Of a stretch of DNA of 64,000 nucleotides, positions 49,032 through 58,541 are shown in pieces (position 1 is the first letter of the stretch; every line of letters begins with the position of its first letter). The position numbers were made by a program, and so were the translations under genes. Under the pieces are notes generated by a model, which saw nothing but the letters and a program-made list of their open reading frames with translations, was not told the DNA's origin and did no database searches. Source of the stretch: Guillardia theta CCMP2712 (Eukaryota; Protista; Cryptophyta). The DNA lies in the NCBI RefSeq assembly GCF_000315625.1, contig NW_005434664.1, forward strand, positions 186,001 through 250,000, written 5' to 3'.

Positions 49032-49811
49032 AGGGCGAGCATGAAGAAGGGTGTGTTTGTTAGATAGCTTGAATATTGTTTGTATGAAGTGTTGTGTTGT
49101 GCGATGCGGGGTGCGCTGGATTAGACGATAAGTGGAAGCATCGTCGGACTCTGCTGCAAAACCAGTCGCACTGCATACTTGACATCCCATGTGGCGATGA
49201 CATATCGGGATGCTCAATCCAGTCCGTGAGATGCACCTGCCACACTCTTTCGACCTCTTGAGCACAAGCAACAGCAAGCAGGGAAACATATCCGTGCGAC
49301 GATGTCAGCCCACCAGTTAAGATGTACGATCGACTTGATGTCACAAGTCCGATCTCAGGCCGTCAGGCATCGCACTCAACACGAAGGGACAAGGATTGTC
49401 GATCAATGGTGTATCGGTCACGGGCGAATGTCACACTCAGTCAACGATGTCTTGCCTGTATTGTACTAGACTGAGTAAGCTCTCTCAGCATAAGACCGTC
49501 ATGCGTTGATGCTGAGCTACCAAGCTTCCGCTGCAGTCGTCACATCTTGAAACGATCCTCCAGCCATACAGCACCACTTCCTCCTCATCGGCCTTCCTCG
49601 CTCCTCCCCGGGCTCAAGAAGGGACGACAGGGGAGGACGAGCGCGAGCTGGCGGATCAACACTATGTTTGCGGAGTCCTTCGAGGACAACGTGACGGCGG
49701 GGGCACTGGAGTGGTAAGAGCGAGCGGGGCTGGGTAGGAGCTGAGGAGGCGATATCATCCGAGAATGGAGGATGCGTAGAATACTGTAAATAATAAACCC
49801 ATCGTACAGAG
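48745..49811. repeat. Inverted duplicate of 54066-55872 with an internal deletion of ~745 bp
   Basis: 48745-49609 is the reverse complement of ~55009-55872; 49610-49811 is the reverse complement of 54066-54264. Confidence 0.9.
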
Positions 49812-50430
49812 AAAACTAGTGTTAAACTTTAAGGCAGTTCAGCGTAGTAATGCATAGTTTTTCATCAGGACGTTGACGAGCCTGACCTTTGCGGACGATG
49901 TCAGCAATTGTTTCAAGCATCACGTCGACAGTCGGAGTGGTAACTTTGTGCTGATTCAAGACGACTTGGTTCAAGTGACGCAGATCACAACAAAGCGATA
50001 ACTGTTGGGATTAGTCGGGGAGCGTGGATCACTTGGACGTCGAGAAAACAAGACCCGAAAACCAAATTCGCTCTCGAGCATGGACGAGATTGTTGCTTGA
50101 AGTTCGCCCTCGAGGTGAAGGCCGGGCTTGAGATGTAAGCTGGAGATCAGTCGGCAGATCGTCGACCAAGACGTCAGCAAATCCCGCACACAGGTCCTTA
50201 GCAAGTTGAGCAGGAATGGTCGAGAGTGGCTGGGCTGGATCCGGGAGGCATGAGCGTCGGTAAGAGAAACTGTTGTCACTGACAGAACTGATTCCTTGAA
50301 GGGCACCTGGTGCTCCAGGCAGGCTGAGCGGCGGGGATCCACGGGCACCAGACGAGTCGACGAGCACCTCGAGTCGCTATCCACGAGTAGCGCAACTATC
50401 CACGATGGCCAGTGCGACAGTGTCAAGCCT
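49812..50430 (-). mobile_element. Degenerate Ty3/gypsy LTR-retrotransposon pol fragment (RT N-terminus)
   Basis: With frameshifts: FADVLVDDLPTDL..ELQATISSMLESEFGFRVLF..SYRFV/DLRHLNQVV..PTVDVMLETIA..ITTLNCLKV*H*FSL. This follows the gypsy RT pattern PVLFV..RMCVDYRALN..P.IDDLL..FSTLDL..GFHQI. Confidence 0.7.
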
Positions 50431-50579
50431 CCTCGACTCTCCTGATTGGCCTCGTATGATTTTTAACTTAACTTTGAGTAAACACTACCGAATGAAAGGA
50501 GTTGCTGATCCATCTGCTGATCCATCCTCGGATGCACGCCTAGCTAGCAGTGGCGATCTGGCTAGTCAATGATTCTGAT

Positions 50580-51563
50580 GAGTGATACTTTTAGTCAACT
50601 GTTTGACGGTATTCGGGGACTCACGAGTTTTACTACATACAGGGTTGACCACCTCGAATCGTGACGTGACTCTGATACCAGCACCCTCTTCGTAAGATCT
50701 TTCAAGGCTAGACTGCACTCGAAGGGGGGGATTCGTCGAAACTGATCTCAACCCAGCCATCATGAGACGCTGAAAGGAAAGCACCTCTATCAAACGATGA
50801 GGTCTACCCGGCCAGTCGCCTCAAACGTGACACACAGCCCCGTAACTTGGGATAGACTTTACTCCCTTCCACGAAACGTCACGTTCCGCCTTGGCCCGCA
50901 GATCTCAACCCAGCCATTACGAGCCAATGAGAGAAAAGCAGCTCTAACAAACGGTGAGGTCTACCCGGCCACACTCGCTCTCCCGACGTGCTGCTGCCTG
51001 GCCTTACAGGCGATCGACCGACTGGTATCGTGACTCTCGTAGCTGTTGGCCGAACCGCCGTGACATTAGGCCCCCGCATCTCCTCGTTTATAATACCTTT
51101 TACATGCATGTTCCTCCGCCCCCTTGCATCGTAGAGCCTTCATATCAGACCCCTACGCTCCTGCTCCGACAGCAGCAGCCCCCCGCACCGCTGACCCATG
51201 CCCTGCTCCGTCTCCCTCGTCGACCTCTCCCTCTCCCGCGCCCTCCCTCCCTCTCGTCCCCGCCCTTCCCTCAAGCTCTCTCCCGCTCAGCAGGCCTTCG
51301 TCGACGCCCACAGGCCCTCGGGCAGCCGGATGGAGGAGGAGCTGCCGGCGGGGGCAGTGAGAGTGAAGTCGGGAGGGGAGGGGGTGATGGCGGGAGTGAT
51401 GGAGGCGAGGAGGCGAGGCGTGCGGGTATCAGCGGAGGACATCGGGGAGGAGCGAGGAGGGCCGATGGAAGGGAGGAGGCTTATGCTGGCAAGCAAGAAG
51501 AGCTTGGGGGCAAGGGGGTCGTTCAAGGATGTGACGGAGGCAGCGGGGGCGTGGAGGACCTGA
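50580..51563 (+). repeat. ~1-kb repeat unit carrying a family-A gene; inverted copies at ~52355-53470 and ~57120-58110
   Basis: Shared ~600-bp upstream block with an internal duplicate atctcaacccagccat..caaacg(g/a)tgaggtctacccggcca. Confidence 0.9.
51198..51563 (+). CDS. Small unknown protein, family A copy 1 (121 aa)
   Basis: MPCSVSLVDL..LKLSPAQQAFVDAH..GVMEARRR..GSFKDVTEAAGAW. This frame is preserved in all copies and is homologous to family B. Confidence 0.6.
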   Translation: MPCSVSLVDLSLSRALPPSRPRPSLKLSPAQQAFVDAHRPSGSRMEEELPAGAVRVKSGGEGVMAGVMEARRRGVRVSAEDIGEERGGPMEGRRLMLASKKSLGARGSFKDVTEAAGAWRT

Positions 51564-52454
51564 AGCAGAATGAACTCAGGAGATTCAATAGGTGTATGTG
51601 TATAAGCGGGGAGTAAAATGGGTTTCTAGGAATAAACGATGATATAGGAATTGTTTCCCGCATTATATTGTTTGATGGCTGCTGAAGTGAAAATGTTAAT
51701 GTGGGTTTTCATGTCTAAAAGTACAGACTACCATTGCTGCGATTCTTTGATATGGACGGAAGTTTGCTTTGTCGCCACATTACATCACACTGAGTGAGTG
51801 GCTTTGCATTCTCGTATGTACTCATTGCACCATATGAGAACATGATGCGTTTTCAGAGCACAAATCCTTCATCTGCACATTAGTCTGTCATTCGTGTTTC
51901 CACATGATGTTATGAGTTTGAAATCACTACGACATGCCCTAATTGATATTTTGATGAACAATTGCTATGATCTTATTCTGGTCTAACCTCGTCTTGACGA
52001 GTCAACAAGCTCCCCACAATCGCATTCTGTGCATCTTTACATGCTTCGCAAGCCCGAGGGCTTGTTGGCGTCGACGAAGGCCTGCTGAGCGGGAGAGAGA
52101 TCGAGACTCGCGCCGATTCGCCGGTAAGCTGCATGAAATTCTCCGCATTCTAAGAGCTCATCAGCTCCGTTTTCCTCGCTCCCCGACTCTTCAACTGCCA
52201 CGCATGCTGCCACTGCCATCCTATTGCTACCTTGAGAGCGTTCTCTTCCTCATCTCTCCCGACCGAGGCTCCTCTCCCTCCAGCCCCTACCTGCTCCTGG
52301 CAAGCTGCTTTACAAACCAAGTACGGTTGATCGCTCTATGGTTGTTTATTCCTTCAAGCCCTATATACTCGCCCCCCATTCGCAAACACACAAATACACC
52401 TATTGTACATCCCGCTCGCCTTGTCTCCCTGACTCGCCTGGCATTTGCCTCGCC

Positions 52455-52814
52455 TCAGCTCATCCACGCCCCCGCTGCCTCCGTCACATCCTTGAACGAC
52501 CCCCGTGATCGCTTCCCGCTCCCAACCATGAGCCTCCTCCCTTCCATCGGCCCTCCTCGCTCCTCCCCGATGTCCTCCGCTGATACCCGCACGCCTCGCC
52601 TCCTCGCCTCCATCACTCCCGCCATCACCCCCTCCCCTCCCGACTTCATTCTCACTGCCCCCGCCGGCAGCTCCTCCTCCATCCGGCTGCCCGAGGGCCT
52701 GTGGGCGTCGACGAAGGCCTGCTGAGCGGGAGAGAGCTTGAGGGAAGGGCGGGGACGAGAGGGAGGGAGGGCGCGGGAGAGGGAGAGGTCGACGAGGGAG
52801 ACGGAGCAGGGCAT
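52455..52814 (-). CDS. Small unknown protein, family A copy 2 (119 aa)
   Basis: Same ORF with the variant segment VGSGKRSR. Confidence 0.6.
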   Translation of the reverse strand: MPCSVSLVDLSLSRALPPSRPRPSLKLSPAQQAFVDAHRPSGSRMEEELPAGAVRMKSGGEGVMAGVMEARRRGVRVSAEDIGEERGGPMEGRRLMVGSGKRSRGSFKDVTEAAGAWMS

Positions 52815-53559
52815 GGGTCAGCGGTGCGGGGGGCTGCTGCTGTCGGAGCAGGAGCGTAGGGGTCTGATATGAAGGCTCTGCGATGCAAGGGGGCGGAGGA
52901 ACTATGCATGTAAAAGGTATTATAAACGAGGAGATGCGGGGGCCTAATGTCACGGCGGTTCGGCCAACAGCTACGAGAGTCACGATACCAGTCGGTCGAT
53001 CGCCTGTAAGGCCAGGCAGCAGCACGTCGGGAGAGCGAGTGTGGCCGGGTAGACCTCACCGTTTGGTAGCGTTGCTTTCCTTTAAGTGTCTCGTAATGGC
53101 TGGGTTGAGATCTGCAGGCCAAGGCGGAACGTGACGTTTCGTGGAAGGGAGTAAAGTCTGTCCCAAGTTACGGGGCTGTGTGTCACGTTTGAGGCGACTG
53201 GCCGGGTAGACTTTACCGTTTGGTAGAGTTGCTTTCCTTTCAGTGTCTCATGATGGCTGGGTTGAGATCTGCAGGCCAAGGCGGAACGTGCCGTTTGAAG
53301 TTTCGACGAATCGAGTGCACTCTAGAAAGATCTTACGAAGAGGTCGCTGGTATCAGAGTCACGGTTCGAGGTGGTCAACCCTGTATGTAGTAAAACTCGC
53401 AGTGAGTCCCCGACTCCAAGGGGTCGGCTCGCTGCTTGAGACCGTCAAACAGTTGACTAAAAGTATCACTCATCCGAGGCATTGGCTAGCCTGACTGGTG
53501 TCTTCCTTGACCAGAACAATCTTGCCGTCATCGACTTGCTTGGGCTTATTCTGATGACA

Positions 53560-54052
53560 AAACAGATCAGCTGGGCCTTCATTCGTGAACGGATCAGCTA
53601 CTTCTGCATTCGAGGATAGATCAGCTACTCCTTCATGCGGTGTGACAGCCCCCGAAGCTTTTCGGGTTTCAGGCGACTAGAGCGAATTCTCAAGGCACCT
53701 CCGCTGGATCACACATAAAGGTGTAGAGTAGACATGTCGAGCTTACTAGATCAGGGTGGCATACAACATGAGCAGAGAACAGACCCTCCTAGCTGAAGAG
53801 GCTGATCCTTATATAAGCTAAGGGAAGGACTAGGGGTACTGCTCCCTGACGCACGAGCACACTTGCCTCGTGCGAGCTCTTGCCTCTGGCAAGCTTCTGC
53901 TGCACCTCTTACCAAGAATGAGGAAACCACCCGTACCAGCGAGTCTCGCCGTGCTAGGGCTCTGATACGGTGATAGATAAGCTACTCCTTCACTCGTGGA
54001 TACATCAGGTACTTGCTCATTCGGTGATCGATCAGCTTCTTCTTCACTCGTG
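53560..54052. repeat. Two clusters of ~26-bp degenerate repeats (gatcagctactccttcattcg), possibly transposon/LTR-derived
   Basis: Three units at 53564-53640, three at 53974-54052 and an inverted remnant at ~50489-50512. Confidence 0.55.
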
Positions 54053-54159
54053 GAAAGTTGGGCTGCTCTGTACGATGGGTTTATTATTTACAGTATTCTA
54101 CGCATCCTCCATTCTCGGATGATATCGCCTCCTCAGCTCCTACCCAGCCCCGCTCGCTC

Positions 54160-54507
54160 TTACCACTCCAGTGCCCCCGCCGTCACGTCCTCGAAGGACT
54201 CCGCAAACACAGTGTTGATCTGCCAGCTCGCGCTCGTCCTCCCCTGTCGTCCCTCCTTGAGCCCTGCTGCTACCTTCCTCGCCTCCATCACTCCCCGCAT
54301 CAGCTCCTTCCCCTCCGACTCCACCCTCACAGCTCTCCCTGCTGGCTGCCTCGCCTCCTCCGCACACGGCGATGAGGGCGCGTGAGCATCGAGGTATGCC
54401 TGCTGGGAGGGGGAGAGCCTGAAGCAGGGGCGGGAGGGGCGACAGGGAGGGGAGGGGGGAGAGGGAGGGAGGTCGACGATGGTGATGGCGAGGACGAAGG
54501 GAGGCAT
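54160..54507 (-). CDS. Small unknown protein, family B copy 1 (115 aa)
   Basis: VLAITIVDL..FRLSPSQQAYLDAH..GVMEARK..ESFEDVTAGALEW. Confidence 0.6.
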   Translation of the reverse strand: MPPFVLAITIVDLPPSPPSPPCRPSRPCFRLSPSQQAYLDAHAPSSPCAEEARQPAGRAVRVESEGKELMRGVMEARKVAAGLKEGRQGRTSASWQINTVFAESFEDVTAGALEW

Positions 54508-54761
54508 GCCTGCTGCTGAGGGAGCTGTGGGTGCGGAGGAGAGGCTGGAAGCTGCGGATCAAGGGAGTGGTGGGGCGGGGCAAGCCTCCGTAAGGGGTTT
54601 GAAAGACGCGACTGCTCTTGCGAGGGTCAAGAGAAGATAGAAGCCCGCCTCAGACCTTGAAGAGATCTAGAAGTTTCTTTAAAGGGTCGGAGACGTGTGG
54701 ACGTAAGCAAGGCATCTTGTAACAAGGTTCTCTTTCCACCGCATCGCGAGGACGCAGACCC

Positions 54762-55100
54762 ATGCCCTGCTCCGTCTCCCTCGTCGACCTCTCCCTCTCC
54801 CGCGCCCTCCCTCCCTCTCGTCCCCGCCCTTCCCTCAAGCTCTCTCCCGCTCAGCAGGCCTTCGTCGACGCCCACAGGCCCTCGGGCAGCCGGATGGAGG
54901 AGGAGCTGCCGGCGGGGGCAGTGAGAGTGAAGTCGGGAGGGGAGGGGGTGATGGCGGGAGTGATGGAGGCGAGGAGGCGAGGCGTGCGGGTATCAGCGGA
55001 GGACATCAGGGAGGAGCGAGGAGGGCCGATGAGGAGGAAGTGGTGCTGTATGGCTGGAGGATCGTTTCAAGATGTGACGACTGCAGCGGAAGCTTGGTAG
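54762..55100 (+). CDS. Small unknown protein, family A copy 3 (112 aa)
   Basis: Same N-terminal 90 aa; variant tail MRRKWCCMAGGSFQDVTTAAEAW. Confidence 0.6.
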   Translation: MPCSVSLVDLSLSRALPPSRPRPSLKLSPAQQAFVDAHRPSGSRMEEELPAGAVRVKSGGEGVMAGVMEARRRGVRVSAEDIREERGGPMRRKWCCMAGGSFQDVTTAAEAW

Positions 55101-56049
55101 CTCAGCATCAACGCATGACGGTCTTATGCTGAGAGAGCTTACTCAGTCTAGTACAATACAGGCAAGACATCGTGGACTGAGTGTGACATTCGCTCGTGAC
55201 CGATACACCATTGATCGACAATCCTTGTCCCTTATGACGTGTTGAGTGCGATGCCTGATGACCTGAGATCGGACTTGTGACATCAAGTCGATCGCACATC
55301 TTAACTGGTGGGCTGACATCGTCGCACGGATATGTTTCCCTGCTTGCTGTTGCTTGTGCTCAAGAGGTCGAAAGAGTGTGGCAGGTGCATCTCACGGACT
55401 GGATTGAACATCCCGATATGTCATCGCCACATGGGATGTCAAGTATGCAGTGCGACTGGTTTTGCAGCAGAGTCCGACGATTCCCCTTATCGTCTCCTCC
55501 TGCGCACCCGCATCGCACAACACAACACTTCATACAAACAATATTCAAGCTATCTAACAAACACACCCTTCTTCATGCTCGCCCTTCACTGCATCCCAGC
55601 GTAGAACGATGTTGGCCCACTCTTGGCTGCCGCCTTAGCGCCCTTGGCAGCCTTGCCCTTCCCTTTCGCTGTCTTCACGCCAGAAAGAGGCAAGAGGGTC
55701 ATTGCTCCTGCAAACGCGTTCAGTGCGCTCAGCTGCATGACAAGGGGACAGACCAGCTTCAGGTGGAACGTCTGGCCCGAGACTGGTGCAATCCCGGACA
55801 TAGCCGTTATGTCCAGAAAGATTGATGCCCCCGTCAGCATCTGCGCGACACCACATCATGCAAACAGACGATGAACGCTGCTTGGAGTACAAGGATTTGA
55901 AGGTTAACGAGATGAGTGGCAGGAACTAAAAGTTTATTTGACAGTGTAGCATAGTCTTGAAGTGAGTTAACAAGCACCTACTACACACATACATTGTGTA
56001 TATCCAAAATTCCTTCTCGCAGACTCTTTCTCCCGTAAAACTCCAACCT

Positions 56050-56415
56050 TCAGGTCCTCCACGCCCCCGCTGCCTCCGCCACATCCTTGAACGACCCCCT
56101 TGCCCCCAAGCTCTTCTTGCTTGCCAGCATAAGCCTCCTCCCTTCCATCGGCCCTCCTCGCTCCTCCCCGATGTCTTCCGCTGATACCCGCACGCCTCGC
56201 CTCCTCGCCTCCATCACTCCCGCCATCACCCCCTCCCCTCCCGACTTCACTCTCACTGCCCCCGCCGGCAGCTCCTCCTCCATCCGGCTGCCCGAGGGCC
56301 TGTGGGCGTCGACGAAGGCCTGCTGAGCGGGAGAGAGCTTGAGGGAAGGGCGGGGACGAGAGGGAGGGAGGGCGCGGGAGAGGGAGAGGTCGACGAGGGA
56401 GACGGAGCAGGGCAT
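56050..56415 (-). CDS. Small unknown protein, family A copy 4 (121 aa)
   Basis: One amino acid differs from copy 1. Confidence 0.6.
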   Translation of the reverse strand: MPCSVSLVDLSLSRALPPSRPRPSLKLSPAQQAFVDAHRPSGSRMEEELPAGAVRVKSGGEGVMAGVMEARRRGVRVSAEDIGEERGGPMEGRRLMLASKKSLGARGSFKDVAEAAGAWRT

Positions 56416-57231
56416 GGGTCAGCGGTGCGGGCGGCTGCAGCTGTCGGAGCAGGAGCGTCGAGGTCTGATATGAAGGCAGAGCCCTCGAGATGCGGAGGTC
56501 TGCACCGAGATGCGTGGGGGTCAAAACCTCTTACAGGGCTGTCACGATACCGAGATAAGCCTGCTTCAAACGCTTTGACTGTGAGCGTCGATGACCGCTG
56601 CATCTGATCCCCTGGTCTCGGAGGCCACAGCCGATCAAGGAGTGCTCGATCACAGACTCTACAATCAGTCTCAACTCGGTGTCACCAACCTACAGCACGG
56701 TGCGGATCTTTTACTCAAAGCGGATAGTTTAGTGACACCCGGGTCACAAATCACTCAGTGTCTGTCGCCGAGCTGCCTGACGGGCCCCGGGGGCCCTTCA
56801 GTTTCGCTTTCCTAGCCGGAGCCAGTCACTGTCTCGACGAGCACACGCGGCAGCATACAAGAAGCTCAGCTACCCTTGACTCCCTCCCTTATCCATTGAC
56901 ATGTGCAGTCAGTCAGCTGCCACCGCACAATGATGCTTACGACTGTCACTGTATTGCCTGGCTGCGAGTCTCAAGAGCAGTCTCTGCTTCCACTCTCATG
57001 CTGCAGGAGCGAAGCTCCTCGTCCTCTACTGCCGATCTAGTCCAGTGCCGTCTCCAACCAACCCAACGGCGATAACGCTTCGAGATTCATAGAGATGCTG
57101 ATTGTTGCTCTTTGTGAATTGTTTATTCCTGCAAGCCCTATGTACTCTTAGCCTATTCGCAAACACACAAATACACCTATTGTACATCCCGCTCGCCTTG
57201 TCTCCCTGACTCGCCTGGCATTTGCCTCGCC

Positions 57232-57591
57232 TCAGCTCATCCACGCCCCCGCTGCCTCCGTCACATCCTTGAACGACCCCCGTGATCGCTTCCCGCTCCC
57301 AACCATGAGCCTCCTCCCTTCCATCGGCCTTCCTCGCTCCTCCCCGATGTCCTCCGCTGATACCCGCACGCCTCGCCTCCTCGCCTCCATCACTCCCGCC
57401 ATCACCCCCTCCCCTCCCGACTTCACTCTCACTGCCCCCGCCGGCAGCTCCTCCTCCATCCGCCTGCCCGAGGGCCTGTGGGCGTCGACGAAGGCCTGCT
57501 GAGCGGGAGAGAGCTTGAGGGAAGGGCGGGGACGAGAGGGAGGGAGGGCGCGGGAGAGGGAGAGGTCGACGAGGGAGACGGAGCAGGGCAT
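57232..57591 (-). CDS. Small unknown protein, family A copy 5 (119 aa)
   Basis: Tail of the copy-2 type. Confidence 0.6.
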   Translation of the reverse strand: MPCSVSLVDLSLSRALPPSRPRPSLKLSPAQQAFVDAHRPSGRRMEEELPAGAVRVKSGGEGVMAGVMEARRRGVRVSAEDIGEERGRPMEGRRLMVGSGKRSRGSFKDVTEAAGAWMS

Positions 57592-58541
57592 GGGTCAGCG
57601 GTGCGGGGGGCTGCTGCTGTCGGAGCAGGAGCGTCGGGGTCTGATATAAAGGCTCTGCGATGCAAGGGGGCGGAGGAGATATGCATGTAAAAGGTATTAT
57701 AAACGAGGAGATGCGGGGGCCTAATGTCACGGCGGTTCGGCCAACAGCTACGAGAGTCACGATACCAGTCGGTCGATCGCCTGTAAGGCCAGGCAGCAGC
57801 ACGTCGGGAGAGCGAGTGTGGCCGGGTAGACCTCACCGTTTGTTAGAGCTGCTTTTCTCTCAGTGTCTCGTAATGGCTGGGTTGAGATCTGCGGGCCAAG
57901 GCGGAACGTGACGTTTCGTGGAAGGGAGTAAAGTCTATCCCAAGTTACGGGGCTGTGTGTCACGTTTGAGGCGACTGGCCGGGTAGACTTCACCGTTTGG
58001 TAGAGGTGCATTCCTTCAGGCCAAGGCAGAACGTGACGTTTGAAGTTTCGACGAATCGAGCGGCAGTCTAGAAAGATCTTACGAAGAGGGTGCTGATATT
58101 CCCAGTGTCACGCGTCAGTTTCACGTTCCGCAGATCGGCCGGACTTCGGCGGGCCCGTCACCTTAGTCACTCACAGTACGGTCGGACACTGCCGACACCT
58201 CAGTGTGACGGAGCCTCGGCGGGAGCTGCGGAGCCTGTCACCGGGCACCCCGGTTGTGACTGCCAGGGCCACCTTCTTGGTCAGAGTCAGAGTGCGACTG
58301 TTCATTTTTCCGAATCATTAGGTAGAAACCTGCCACGGTACTACCGGGTATGTTAAGTTACATCCGGAGCCTGGCACCTGTGTCACTGGCGAAGCTGCGG
58401 CGCCTACCGGTCACGGGCAGCCTGTTCGCCTTCCGCCTCCAACCACTGAGGATGCCCCAACTTAGAGTCAATCTTTATGTGTCATACTCCTTGACAACCT
58501 GATGGGTGTACTCTCTTTGCTAACTTCAGACCACTCACCTC

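Noticed and set aside
50954-57836. Longer overlapping ORFs (220-258 aa) across the A repeats
   Set aside because: Their starts and frames differ between copies, whereas the MPCSVS frame is preserved in all five and aligns with family B.
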